Sequence record: SRR31156797_17267
Strand: one strand, 5' to 3'
Length of the DNA: 57,721 nt
Part shown: piece by piece, positions 39,531-50,241 of the stretch
How positions within the stretch are numbered: the stretch's first letter is position 1
How the letters are laid out: every line of letters begins with the position of its first letter
Program-made: the position numbers and the translations under genes
Notes under the pieces: generated by a model
The model's database searches: none
Seen by the model: the letters and a program-made list of their open reading frames with translations, nothing else
What the model was told of the DNA's origin: nothing

Positions 39531-40880
39531 CTACACCAGTCCCTGATCGAGCATTGCATTTACCACATTGGTAAACCCGGCAATATTTGCTCCGGCAGCA
39601 TAATTCCCCTGCAGCCCGTACTCTGCAGAAGCGTCCACGCAGGTATTATGAATGCAATGCATAATCTGCTTCAAACGACTGTCCACTTCTTCCCTCGGCC
39701 ATTTCAGACGCATGGAATTTTGTGCCATCTCAAGCCCAGATACGGCTACACCACCGGCGTTTGCGGCTTTACTGGGCCCATAGAGAATATGATTATCTAC
39801 AAAAATATCAACCGCACTTGGCGAACTGGGCATATTCGCACCCTCACACACAAGCTGTACTCCATTGTTGATCATGGTCTGGGCATCTTTTTCGTTAATC
39901 TCATTCTGGGTGGCACTGGGCATGGCACAATCAGCAGAATGAGTCCAAATAGGATTATAATCCAGCCCTGGATCAGTCTCTACATAAATGGCCTGCGGGT
40001 ATTTCTCGCAATATTCACGGATACGTCCACGACGCATGTTTTTGATTTCTTTTACATGGTCAAGCTTCTCAGCATCGATGCCTTCTTCATCAAAGATATA
40101 ACCCGATGAATCCGACAGGGTAAGAACCTTGCCTCCCATTTCCAGAAGCTTTTCTGCTGTAAACTGGGCTACGTTCCCGGAACCAGAAACCAGACAGCTT
40201 TTTCCTTCCAAGGTTTGCCCACGGGTACTGAACATCTCTGCCGCAAAGTAGACCACCCCGTAGCCAGTTGCCTCGGGTCGAATTAAACTCCCTCCCCATG
40301 CAAGACTTTTACCGGTCAAGACGCCGCTAAACTCATTCCGCAGCTTCTTGTACATCCCAAAGAGATACCCTATCTCACGAGCTCCGACCCCGATATCACC
40401 TGCTGGGACATCGGTATCAGGACCGATATGCCGCTGCAGCTCGGCCATAAAGGCCTGACAAAAGCGCATAACCTCTGCATCGGAGCGTCCCTTGGGATCG
40501 AAATCCGACCCACCCTTTCCTCCCCCCATGTGCAAGGTAGTCAAACTATTTTTAAACACCTGCTCAAATGCAAGAAACTTGATAATAGAGAGGGTCACCG
40601 AAGGGTGAAAACGAAGCCCGCCCTTATACGGCCCGATAGCAGAATTCATTTCCACCCTAAAGCCGCGATTCACATAAACTTGTCCTTGGTCATCCATCCA
40701 AGGTACCCGAAACATGATCACCCTTTCCGGCTCAACAATCCGCTCAAGGATAGCCTGTTTCCGAAATTCCGGGTTTCTTTCCAGGACCGGCCTTACGGTT
40801 TCCATAACTTCTTGAACAGCCTGGTGAAATTCCTTTTGATCAGGATCACGCTGAATGATCTTTGCCAGTATACTCTCCAT
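39531..40880 (-). CDS. gdhA: NADP-specific glutamate dehydrogenase
   Basis: EFHQAV, GPYKGGLRFHPSV, GGGKGGSDFDP, VPAGDIGVG, RPEATGYG, KAANAGGVAVSGLEM. Confidence 0.97.
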   Translation of the reverse strand: MESILAKIIQRDPDQKEFHQAVQEVMETVRPVLERNPEFRKQAILERIVEPERVIMFRVPWMDDQGQVYVNRGFRVEMNSAIGPYKGGLRFHPSVTLSIIKFLAFEQVFKNSLTTLHMGGGKGGSDFDPKGRSDAEVMRFCQAFMAELQRHIGPDTDVPAGDIGVGAREIGYLFGMYKKLRNEFSGVLTGKSLAWGGSLIRPEATGYGVVYFAAEMFSTRGQTLEGKSCLVSGSGNVAQFTAEKLLEMGGKVLTLSDSSGYIFDEEGIDAEKLDHVKEIKNMRRGRIREYCEKYPQAIYVETDPGLDYNPIWTHSADCAMPSATQNEINEKDAQTMINNGVQLVCEGANMPSSPSAVDIFVDNHILYGPSKAANAGGVAVSGLEMAQNSMRLKWPREEVDSRLKQIMHCIHNTCVDASAEYGLQGNYAAGANIAGFTNVVNAMLDQGLV

Positions 40881-40886
40881 TTGCTC

Positions 40887-43877
40887 TCAGCTCCCCTCTT
40901 CTGTCAAAAAACCAATAGCTTCTGATGTTGTCCCATCAACCTTCAGAGTAAATCTATCATTAAACCGTACATGACAAATATAGATTCCCTCTATAACCAA
41001 TTCCTGCTTTTTCAGCACTTCCCAATCGATATGCTCGCTCTCTTTATCATCATCCTCGGGTATTTTTGACTGTTCACTGGTCACCATGAGGTAGGGGATA
41101 TCCAGCGAAGTAATATTTTGAAAAAAATGAGACCCTTGCGAGGGTTCTGCATTTACGCTGGAATCCTGCACCTCAATGATAGCAGCTACACCAGAAATAT
41201 CATGCCATTGAACGGGAATTCCAAGCCAGGGATCTGCAGTCCCCCATCTTCCTGGCCCAACAAGCAGATATGGTCTCCCCTCCTTATGCAGTTTCCGGTT
41301 GAGCTGTCCGATTTCCTCAGCAATCTTCTGGGTAGACGCCCGATCAAAACATTCCGGTTTCACATACAGTACATCGTCTATCGCCTCGTAAACGCCGTGT
41401 CCAAGGGAGCGGACCGAAGCCATGATTGCCCGCTCGCGATCGGCAGGCAATATACGGGTCTGCTGTTTTTCCATTCCCGTAACGATGGGTCGCACCTGCA
41501 GAAAATACAACTCACTTTTTTGTGGTTCCTGATACAGATCAACGGCAAACTCCACCTCAACCTCACACCCCATGCCCTCCCGAGCAACAGCGACTAACTC
41601 AGCTAGCAGTTCCGGCAGGGGATAAACATCATATTTTAAGACAGGGGCAAAAGTCAGTACCTTATAACCAGGAATATCAGTATCACGGATACGGTTTTCC
41701 TGACTGCTGTAAGTCGAACAAAGTAAACGAACGGGATATTCAGTAACAGCATCACTTAACTCGCGACAAACAAGATTACTGTTAGCGCTTTTAAGAGTGC
41801 TGTCTTCTCTACAATCCAAGGCGTAAAAATGACGCTGACTGTTCTTCAAGATATCTTCCACCGTGGAAAATTGGGGAAGATACTCTGGATATTTCGGAGA
41901 AACACGGAGACTACTCTCCCCTTCGACCACGGTTTTACCAAACCCCAGGGCCAGGTGAGCAATGCCCTCCTCCGCCTCCATCTTGCCCACCGGGTAGTAA
42001 TTATAGGACTGCACCACCCCAGCGATGGCAGGATAATAAAAGTCTCCCTGCCGGCACCCCACTACCTGCTGGACAATTACGCCCATGGAATCTTCCTGGG
42101 TTTGGCCGATAGAATGGGAAAAAGCCCGAGGTGCCTCAAACCAGGTGGAAGCATAGACCAGCTTGACAGCATCTATGAGCTGCGACAGGCGAAGCTCAAA
42201 AGAGGGATGTGTATTGGCTAACATAAAGGTACTATACAGTCCCGCATATGGTCTAAACTGTGCATCCTCGAGCATACTGGATGACCGTACTGAAATGGGG
42301 AAGGACACCTCTTGCAGATAGGCCTTTAAGTCCTTAAATAGCCACTCCGGTAAGTCAGCATTGAGAAATCGGTTGGCAATGGACTCATCTGGCTCACCAT
42401 CGATGGGCTTCAAAAGATTTTGATGGATAAAATCATCAAAACCAACATCAGCAATTACACAGGTCTGTGGAATCTTCACCTTGTAGGCTGACAAGGTCGC
42501 TTTACTTTTTTCCACATGATGGAGCATTGAAGACATAAAGGCAATCCCCCGTGCCTTCCCCCCCATTGACCCCCTGCCAATACGAACAAAATCAGTGATA
42601 ATAGGGTCAAAGCGTTCCCGATTAAACTGTGTCACAACTCCCTGCTGTCTCACCTTACGCAAAGCATGCACCTTGGATAAAATATCTTCCCGCAACTGCT
42701 CATCATCAGTCATCTGCGAAAAATGGTGTTTATGGAGTCTGGCTGCCAGTGCCACCTCCGCCCGCGCCATTACCCAGTTAAAAAAATGGTTGTGTTCTGC
42801 ATGATAACGAATCGACTCCAGCGGTATTTCTCTCAACTGATTTTCAAATTCGTACAAACTCGAAACCCGACCCACCTGGGTTAAATCCGGCAGTCGAAAA
42901 ACAAAGTCACCAAACCCAAGATAGCGAAGAAAAAAGTCATGAATTTGCTCCTCAATATCTAGAGCATTTTTATCAACAAAAACAGCAGGTATCCTATCAA
43001 CCACGTCCTCATTTTTAGGGTCAGTGCTCAGCATAAGAAGAGGTAGATCTTTTTTCTCCTCTCTAATTTCCTGAAGCAACCTGTATCCCGAATCATCATG
43101 CAATTCACCCGAACGCGGAAAACGGGCATCAGACATGACGGCAAACACATACGGCTTATAGCGGTAAAAAATATCCAGTGCTTCTTCATAGGTGGCAGCA
43201 GTCAGTATCTTTGGTCGAGCGCGCATCTTAAGCAAACGATGCTGCTCGTTGAGCCCTTCCCCAAGTACTGATTGGGTTTGCTTAACTAGCTCACCATAAA
43301 GTAACGGCAGGAGACGAGAACGATATACAGGTGAGTCCTCCACCAGAAGAATAACCCTGACCATTGCTTTTTCAGTATCAAAATCAACATTTTGCTGATC
43401 TTCCACATTCTTGACAATGGCCAGTAAAATATCGGAATCGCAACACCAGACATAGCTATTGTCTATACAACTGAAAGGATCACCTTGTGGGCCAATCACG
43501 ACATCACGATTGGTGTGAGAAAGGAGAACGATTGGTATCTTACGATTCTGCTTTTTAACTTGGGAACTAAAGGTACATCCATCCATTCCTCCAAGATGGG
43601 GCATGGTTACCACCAGGTCAAACTCTCTCTCTGCCAAGGCAGCCATTGCCTCCTCGCTGGTCGCCACCCTGGTGATGCGAGGCGGCTGACTCAGATTATG
43701 GCCAAAATATTCATTGATGATTCGAGAGGCCAGGCTGCCGTCTTCTTCCATAATATAGGCATCATACGGACTGGAAACGAGGAGAATCTCACGCACTTTA
43801 TAGCGCATAAGCTCGTGAAAAATCTTAAAGTGGGGATCATAGCCAAAGGCTCTTGAATACGGCTGAACACCAGTCAT
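40887..43877 (-). CDS. Receiver-domain / PEP-synthase-type nucleotide-binding domain protein
   Basis: Two REC-like regions (ILLVSSPYD, ILLVEDSP), GGKARG, VRSSSMLED...AGLYST, MGVIVQQVVG, GFGKTVVEG, LQVRPI, GPGRWGT, PSQGSHFFQN. Confidence 0.85.
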   Translation of the reverse strand: MTGVQPYSRAFGYDPHFKIFHELMRYKVREILLVSSPYDAYIMEEDGSLASRIINEYFGHNLSQPPRITRVATSEEAMAALAEREFDLVVTMPHLGGMDGCTFSSQVKKQNRKIPIVLLSHTNRDVVIGPQGDPFSCIDNSYVWCCDSDILLAIVKNVEDQQNVDFDTEKAMVRVILLVEDSPVYRSRLLPLLYGELVKQTQSVLGEGLNEQHRLLKMRARPKILTAATYEEALDIFYRYKPYVFAVMSDARFPRSGELHDDSGYRLLQEIREEKKDLPLLMLSTDPKNEDVVDRIPAVFVDKNALDIEEQIHDFFLRYLGFGDFVFRLPDLTQVGRVSSLYEFENQLREIPLESIRYHAEHNHFFNWVMARAEVALAARLHKHHFSQMTDDEQLREDILSKVHALRKVRQQGVVTQFNRERFDPIITDFVRIGRGSMGGKARGIAFMSSMLHHVEKSKATLSAYKVKIPQTCVIADVGFDDFIHQNLLKPIDGEPDESIANRFLNADLPEWLFKDLKAYLQEVSFPISVRSSSMLEDAQFRPYAGLYSTFMLANTHPSFELRLSQLIDAVKLVYASTWFEAPRAFSHSIGQTQEDSMGVIVQQVVGCRQGDFYYPAIAGVVQSYNYYPVGKMEAEEGIAHLALGFGKTVVEGESSLRVSPKYPEYLPQFSTVEDILKNSQRHFYALDCREDSTLKSANSNLVCRELSDAVTEYPVRLLCSTYSSQENRIRDTDIPGYKVLTFAPVLKYDVYPLPELLAELVAVAREGMGCEVEVEFAVDLYQEPQKSELYFLQVRPIVTGMEKQQTRILPADRERAIMASVRSLGHGVYEAIDDVLYVKPECFDRASTQKIAEEIGQLNRKLHKEGRPYLLVGPGRWGTADPWLGIPVQWHDISGVAAIIEVQDSSVNAEPSQGSHFFQNITSLDIPYLMVTSEQSKIPEDDDKESEHIDWEVLKKQELVIEGIYICHVRFNDRFTLKVDGTTSEAIGFLTEEGS

Positions 43878-44272
43878 GGGGCACCAGGAAATGTGAGAGT
43901 ACAGAACATATATAACACCCTATCCTATCCAGCTTTATTTACAAAAATTTTACCAAAGAGAGTGAGGATATCCATCTAGAATAAAAACTCTGCATAATCA
44001 TGATAAACCCTTCCTTGCCCAACAACAAATAAACTTTACATTTCAACCACATTGAAGGATAATATCTTTATTATAAACAGTAATACTCAAACCATTTTCA
44101 GCCAAGCAGTTAACAACTAAGAAACATACTCATCAGCTAGTTAACGCGTTATCACTCTCATACCGTATCTTCCAAGCACCCCTGTTACCCGGGCTATCAA
44201 AACGGATTGCAAGGTCAGTGGATGGAAATATGCACCATACCTTTTAGTTACAACTACAAAAAAGGAGGGATT

Positions 44273-45484
44273 ATGAAGTTAACCGTTCTACAGAAGGTCG
44301 GCATTATCATACTGTCGATGCTCATCAGCACATTCTCAATGGCCAATGCCAAGGAGGCCAAGAGCATTGATGAGCTTGTTTCCATGTTTGATGACAAAAA
44401 ATGCGCCGAGTGTCACGAACAGATCTACAGCGAATGGAAGGGTTCTTGGCATGCGAAAGCTATCAACTCGTCGCTGAAGGGAATGCGAAATTTTATTGCT
44501 GTAGGTTTGGCTAAGGAATGGAACACCCCCCTCACCAAGGCGGAAGTCCTCAAGTGTCTCGATTGCCATGCTCCGGCCGTCAACTATGCATCCGAAGAAC
44601 TGGCAGTAGAAATCGGCAACCTCATTGTCACCGCCTTTGAAAAAAAAGGCTTCTCAGAAGGATCTCAAGCGGCAGAGGAACTGGCTAAGCTCAATGTCGG
44701 CTGTTACTCCTGCCACAACATCAAGGCCACAGGCACTGCCCCGGGCCTGCGGGGCAAACCCAAAAAAGGTGTTATCTACGGCCCCAACGGAGAAGACGGG
44801 GATGATTTCCACGAATCCATTGAATCTGCTGAGATATCAACATCTGCCTTCTGCATGCAGTGCCATGGTGTCTACCATGCTCCTGATGGAGAAACCATCC
44901 AATGTAACACCTTATCAGGAAGCTATCGTCACGGCTACCTTGCCGCCGGCGGCAGCAAGACATGTCAGGAATGCCACCTTAACAAAGGGCACCTGTTCCC
45001 CGGTGGCCACGATCTAGACACAGTCAAAGAAGGATTGGGCTTTAACCTCGAAATTGCCCAATACAACCACCTCCCTGGTCAAATTGAAGGGGTTAAGAAC
45101 CCGAAGGAATGGGTCCCCAGCGCTGTGATTACCGCCTTTATTGAAAACAAGGCAGGGCATCGCGTCCCTGATGGCTGACTGTGGTCAGGCAAAGTGGTCC
45201 TGGAAGTGACCGCAAAAGATGCAGAAGACAACGAACTGTTCAAAAAAGAGAAAAAGTGGTTTGAAATCGGGATTGATCCGGACAGGGACATGCGCTATGG
45301 GGCATGGCAAATCAAGGAAATTATCGACCTGACTCTCCCCCCGCTACAGACCCAGCGTGAGCAGTACCTGGTTCATTTTGATACCGATACGGACCAAGTG
45401 ACCATCACTGCAAAGCTTTGGTATTACGTGAGCGGCGGCAATGGTGAGATTGTATATGAGGAGACACAGACCCTTGAGTATTAG
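44273..45484 (+). CDS. Pentaheme cytochrome c selenoprotein (ExtKL/MccSep-like), Sec encoded by in-frame TGA 45176-45178
   Basis: RBS AGGAGG then ATG 44273; signal peptide; five CxxCH motifs; AGHRVPDG-TGA-LWSGKVVLEV continues in frame into ORF 45194-45484; SECIS-like hairpin downstream. Confidence 0.88.
45194..45213 (+). other. Bacterial SECIS-like hairpin
   Basis: GTGGTC-CT-GGA-AG-T-GACCGC; the stem starts 15 nt after the UGA, with a G-initiated apical loop about 23 nt downstream. Confidence 0.65.
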
Positions 45485-45559
45485 TACAGCTTAGAAGTCG
45501 TTATTTCCCTTTAACGCTTTCGCAAACCTTGCAGGTGAAGAAGAACACCCTATTCTTTT

Positions 45560-46510
45560 TCACCTGTACCTCTCAAGATCACACGGCGTGTTTATGTTGC
45601 GCCAACACCTGCGAAGCGCCTTTGGAGGTTGCGCCGTAAACACTCCTAGCACTCCCTGCAACCGGTTGATCTGTAAGGAACCAGCCGTCACGATGTCCTC
45701 CACAGCCCTTCGGCAGCGATAATCATAATAGGCAAGAAGCGGTTCAACCCTTCCATTGCCCTCAAGATCAGCCAAGATTGCATGCCTACCAATGTATCGA
45801 TGGCTCAGCAGCCACTGTAAAGCCTGCTCATTCATCTCCGGTAAATCACAGGCTACAACCAGCCATGACACCTCTGGTTGGTATCGCAAAGCAGCGAGTA
45901 TGCCCGCAATAGGTCCCGCCAAGCCCTCTATATCATCGATTCGATCAAGTTCGCCCAGAGAATCAGGCAACTCCCCTGCTCCTGAGATAACCACATTCTC
46001 GACCCGGTGCTGCAAAACTTCCACTGTCCGTTCCACCCAAGTTTTACCTTGATGACAGATCAGGTGCTTTGCCCGTCCCATACGACGACTCTTGCCGCCA
46101 ACCAAGACACATCCCCAAACAGGTGCATCAAGCCACCGGTCACTTAACCAGTTGACAACTTTCTCAACAGCACTACCACAAGCAAGCTCCCCTAGGTCAA
46201 CCGTGAACAACTGCCCCGGGTTACCACCACCGGTCTCACTCAACCATAAATGATTAAACGTAACAGGGAACTGACTCTCTATTAGTACAGCATCATACTG
46301 TTGACACAATACATGTAACTGGCGAATAATTTTTTCTGTGATCGGCTCCTGCAGCTTGAACACAGCACAGGAAACCTGCAGGGTCTCACATTTTTCCAGC
46401 ACCCCGGCAATAAAAGTCGCCCGGAGAGCTATTTCTCCACCGCAGACCCCCAAAAGTGGTAAAGTTCGAAGCGGCAGTAGCTTGGCAGACGCCAGTTTTT
46501 TTTCCAGCAC
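45560..46510 (-). CDS. mobA: Molybdenum cofactor guanylyltransferase with N-terminal extension
   Basis: VLVGGKSRRMGRAK, GPIAGI, VVACDLP, EPLLAYY, NINTP. Confidence 0.85.
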   Translation of the reverse strand: MLEKKLASAKLLPLRTLPLLGVCGGEIALRATFIAGVLEKCETLQVSCAVFKLQEPITEKIIRQLHVLCQQYDAVLIESQFPVTFNHLWLSETGGGNPGQLFTVDLGELACGSAVEKVVNWLSDRWLDAPVWGCVLVGGKSRRMGRAKHLICHQGKTWVERTVEVLQHRVENVVISGAGELPDSLGELDRIDDIEGLAGPIAGILAALRYQPEVSWLVVACDLPEMNEQALQWLLSHRYIGRHAILADLEGNGRVEPLLAYYDYRCRRAVEDIVTAGSLQINRLQGVLGVFTAQPPKALRRCWRNINTPCDLERYR

Positions 46511-47361
46511 TATCGAAACAGCCTCCAGTCCCCAGTTTGAGGTTGTTCAAAGACTCCTGCCTCCACACCCTTACGAAGCAATGCTTCAATTGCTGCAACG
46601 CCCTCTCTGCCAAGATCAAGAGAGAAATCATTGACGTACAGCCCAATATGACTGCGAACAACATCGTCCTCAAGTTCCTGGGAATGCTCCTTAATATACG
46701 CACTGCAAGCTTTGGGATTTGCGATGCTCCAACGAAGACTGGCAGCAACTGCCTGATCGAGTTCAGCAACCACTTTGTCTGCCAAGGACCTTTTAGCGGC
46801 AATACAACCAAGAGGAATTGGTAAACCTGTGGTCTCTTCCCACCATTCCCCTAGATCCTGAACGCACTCCAACCCTTGCTGTTGATAGGTAAATCGGCTC
46901 TCATGAATGATAACACCAGCGTCGACAACTCCCTTTGCAACGGCTGCAATGATTTCTTCAAAGCGCATTACTTCCAAGCTGGTCACTTTGGGCGAAAAAA
47001 GTTGCAGCAGCATGGTAGCAGTGGTGTAACGCCCGGGAATAGCTATCCGCCAGTCTTTAATATCCGCAGGTTTTGGCTGGGATCCGGTAATCAGTAGTGG
47101 ACCACACCCGCGCCCCAGTGCAGATCCAGCGCTCAACAGTGCGTACTGATCAAGCACATGCCCCAAGGCGTGAAAAGAGAGCTTAGTGACATCCAGCCTT
47201 CCGGCCATGGCCCATTTATTTAAAGTCTCCACATCATCAAGAACTGGGGTAGCTAGCTCTATCTGATGCAATGGTACTTTTCCGTGGACCAAACCATAAA
47301 ATATATAGGTATCATTAGGACATGGAGAATACCCGAGGGTAAGCGGCTTATTATTGTTCAT
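46510..47361 (-). CDS. mqnD: 1,4-dihydroxy-6-naphthoate synthase
   Basis: GYSPCPNDT, DVETLN, GSALGRGCGP, IPGRYTTA, IIHESRFTY, PIPLG, HIGLYVN. Confidence 0.95.
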   Translation of the reverse strand: MNNNKPLTLGYSPCPNDTYIFYGLVHGKVPLHQIELATPVLDDVETLNKWAMAGRLDVTKLSFHALGHVLDQYALLSAGSALGRGCGPLLITGSQPKPADIKDWRIAIPGRYTTATMLLQLFSPKVTSLEVMRFEEIIAAVAKGVVDAGVIIHESRFTYQQQGLECVQDLGEWWEETTGLPIPLGCIAAKRSLADKVVAELDQAVAASLRWSIANPKACSAYIKEHSQELEDDVVRSHIGLYVNDFSLDLGREGVAAIEALLRKGVEAGVFEQPQTGDWRLFR

Positions 47362-48013
47362 CAAGTAATCCTCTCAGTACCATAGCTGCAGCCTCAGCAC
47401 ATTTGTCTGCAGCCGGTTTAACTTGCCATTTTTCCCGGTCTCGATCCTCAACCAGGTTAGAAATACAACGCAGTTCAACAAGCGGTAAAGAAAACTCATC
47501 ACACACTCTGGCAACGGCAGCCCCTTCCATATTTTCACACAATCCATGATGGAGGTCACCAAGCATCCTGCCTCGGCGTTCAGTTGCACTCGCACCGTTA
47601 ACCGTCACGAAATTGCCAATTTTATAACGAATCTCATGCCTATCAAGAATAACAGCAGCCTGCTGCAAAAGCGATTGATCAAGCTTAAAATCACTTTCCC
47701 CCCCCAGCCCTTTACCTGTCAAAGGTTCCATCCGGTCATCAAAACAAACACCAAAGTCGCCTAATATTTCCCGTTTGGCCAGACAAAGATCAAGCAGTTC
47801 CGCACCATCTTGCTGTCCCAGGTAGGCACCACCAATCCCAATATTCATCACACACTCCACCTTATGGTGAAATGCAGCCAAATAGGATGCCAGTCGAGTA
47901 GCTGTTTCAACGGGTCCAATTCCGGTAATAAAAGTTGCCAACTTACAGTTCTCACCGTATTGGCTGGAAAAAGCAGCCAGCTCAAAATCAGTGGCAGCAG
48001 TCAAGAGATGCAT
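47351..48013 (-). CDS. mqnB: Futalosine hydrolase
   Basis: PNP/MTAN fold: TGIGPV, GIGGAY, ENMEGAAVA, ISNLVEDRD; adjacent to mqnD. Confidence 0.92.
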   Translation of the reverse strand: MHLLTAATDFELAAFSSQYGENCKLATFITGIGPVETATRLASYLAAFHHKVECVMNIGIGGAYLGQQDGAELLDLCLAKREILGDFGVCFDDRMEPLTGKGLGGESDFKLDQSLLQQAAVILDRHEIRYKIGNFVTVNGASATERRGRMLGDLHHGLCENMEGAAVARVCDEFSLPLVELRCISNLVEDRDREKWQVKPAADKCAEAAAMVLRGLLDEQ

Positions 48014-48149
48014 ATATTATCCTCAACTAAAAGATCTAAGACGAAACATGACTTTCCGGGCAATATAGAGTAAGTTTGCTTGTTCTGCTCTTTGAGAGCA
48101 GCTTGAATTCAAACGACAATACCCGTTAATACTTACCCCTACCTACTCC

Positions 48150-49256
48150 ATGCCAGACAAGTCGTACAGGTTAAGTGATTATGATTATCACCTGCCCCAA
48201 GAAAACATTGCCCAGCACCCAGCCCACAAGCGTGACCAGAGCCGCCTCCTTGTCGTCAACAAGGTCAGAGACAATATTGAGCACCGAAAGTTCACGGACA
48301 TCACAAATTATCTACGTGCTGGTGACCTGATCGTTGTCAACAACACCAAAGTCTTTCCAGCGCGTATGCTTGGAAAAAAAACTACAGGTGGGAGGGTTGA
48401 ACTGTTCCTCCTGGAATTTCCACGCCAACAATCATCATCTCCAGAAATAGAAGGGTGGCATGAGGCCACAGCCATCGCCTTGCTAAAAAGTTCCAAACGT
48501 CCCAAGCCGGGCATTACCCTGCACTTCAGTCCAACGCTCACGGCAATAGTGGAAAGTTACCAAAAGGACGGGAAAGCGTTAGTGCGACTGCACTACCAAC
48601 TTACCTCTACCACAACGGATTTGGAATCGGTCCTCGAGGCCCATGGCCAAGTACCGCTCCCTCCTTACATCAGTCGCGATAAAGGTACCACAAGGGAAGA
48701 CACCAAGCGTTACCAAACGACCTTTGCAAAACACACTGGTTCTGTGGCAGCACCAACAGCAGGACTCCATTTCAGCCCGGAAGCCCTCACCCTTATCCAG
48801 GAGAAAGGTGTTTTGATAGAACATATAACCCTACATGTTGGTTATGGCACATTTGCTCCGGTGCGAACTGAGGATATCCGCGACCATAATATCCATAGAG
48901 AGTCTATCTCCATATCTCCTACGACAGCGGCAGCTGTTAACAATACCAAAAAGAAGGGAGGAAGAATATGGGCAGTAGGAACAACAAGTGTACGCACACT
49001 GGAATATGCCGCCAATAAACACGGAAAAGTGGAACCCATTAATGGAGTGTGCGATCTTTTTATCTATCCCGGATACAAATTTCGTACAGTGGACAACCTG
49101 ATCACCAACTTCCACCTCCCCCAGTCATCACTCCTGTTCCTGGTCTCAGCGCTAGCCGGCAGGGAACGAATGCTCAACGCCTACAACCATGCTGTAGAGC
49201 AAGGATATCGTTTTTTTTCCTATGGTGATGCCATGGCTATCATAACCAAAGGCTAG
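48150..49256 (+). CDS. queA: S-adenosylmethionine:tRNA ribosyltransferase-isomerase
   Basis: YDYHLP..IAQHP, NNTKVFPAR, PLPPYI, GSVAAPTAGLHF, TNFHLPQS, FFSYGDAM. Confidence 0.97.
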   Translation: MPDKSYRLSDYDYHLPQENIAQHPAHKRDQSRLLVVNKVRDNIEHRKFTDITNYLRAGDLIVVNNTKVFPARMLGKKTTGGRVELFLLEFPRQQSSSPEIEGWHEATAIALLKSSKRPKPGITLHFSPTLTAIVESYQKDGKALVRLHYQLTSTTTDLESVLEAHGQVPLPPYISRDKGTTREDTKRYQTTFAKHTGSVAAPTAGLHFSPEALTLIQEKGVLIEHITLHVGYGTFAPVRTEDIRDHNIHRESISISPTTAAAVNNTKKKGGRIWAVGTTSVRTLEYAANKHGKVEPINGVCDLFIYPGYKFRTVDNLITNFHLPQSSLLFLVSALAGRERMLNAYNHAVEQGYRFFSYGDAMAIITKG

Positions 49257-49342
49257 CTCACTCGTAACTATGCAGCAGTGCTTACCCATCGACTCAAGAG
49301 AGCTCAGTAAACATTCGTATCCAACTCTTTGCTGGAGAATTA

Positions 49343-49996
49343 CTAACCGTTCTGGAGCTTGCTTATAAACTGATCAGCTTCTCGGATAGATGTTTCCATC
49401 TCCCGTACAAGTCGGGCAACATCTTTTTCCAGGCTGACCAACTCACCTTGAAGAGCGGAGATGGCACGGGCGTTAAGATTATGCTTCAGATACAATACCT
49501 GATCATAAAAAACATCCAGCACGGGCTGAATCTTATCTTCCGCCCGCTTCATTGCACTGATCAAACGGCTGTACTGGGCCTTGGTCTGCTCAAGTTTTTG
49601 TTCACTGTCTCGTCGCAAGGCAGCACTTGAGTAAAGATCCAGTTCCTTTTCCCACTCTTCAAAGAGTGCCTCTGCAACGGACTCCACACTGGCAATTCGT
49701 CCATGAACGGCATCAGCCTTTGTCTTGCTCTTATCATAAGCTGCCTTAAGGGTGTCATACTGCTCCTCAAGGTCACCGCCTTCAACCTCAACCACACTGG
49801 AGAACTGCTCGAAAGCAGATTGAAACTGCTGTTTGGCCTGCTCTTGAGCATCTCGAGCCTCACCCACTCGGTCCACCATCACATCCCGCTTATGAACCCC
49901 GAACTTTTCCAATGTATTATAATAAGTGGAAGAACAGCCGGACAGGGTCGCCAGCAACGGCAACAAAAGGAATAAAAGACATACAGAACGAGTCAT
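49343..49996 (-). CDS. DUF2959-like lipoprotein
   Basis: RBS AGGAG before ATG 49996; lipobox LSGC; EKFGVHKRD, ALFEEWE.EL, YLKHNLNARAI. Confidence 0.85.
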   Translation of the reverse strand: MTRSVCLLFLLLPLLATLSGCSSTYYNTLEKFGVHKRDVMVDRVGEARDAQEQAKQQFQSAFEQFSSVVEVEGGDLEEQYDTLKAAYDKSKTKADAVHGRIASVESVAEALFEEWEKELDLYSSAALRRDSEQKLEQTKAQYSRLISAMKRAEDKIQPVLDVFYDQVLYLKHNLNARAISALQGELVSLEKDVARLVREMETSIREADQFISKLQNG

Positions 49997-50241
49997 TGTT
50001 GATCTCCTATCAACGAAACCTAGGAGCCTGTCAGAAAATGCGATTTTCGCTCGACTCGTCGTCATGCTCAAAAAATAATGTTCGGAAGTAGGTACAGACT
50101 CCGACATCGCACATATGCCTGCGCTTATTACTTTGAGCGATCCTCAATTCGAACAAAGACCCTTATCCTCGGACAACCTCCTGGACTTATTGGACCAATT
50201 GGCCAAGCATATGGTAATGTTGTAAACCAGTGGTAAATGGC

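Noticed and set aside
45194-45484. Independent 96-aa gene
   Set aside because: No RBS; it is in frame with the upstream cytochrome and better explained by Sec read-through.
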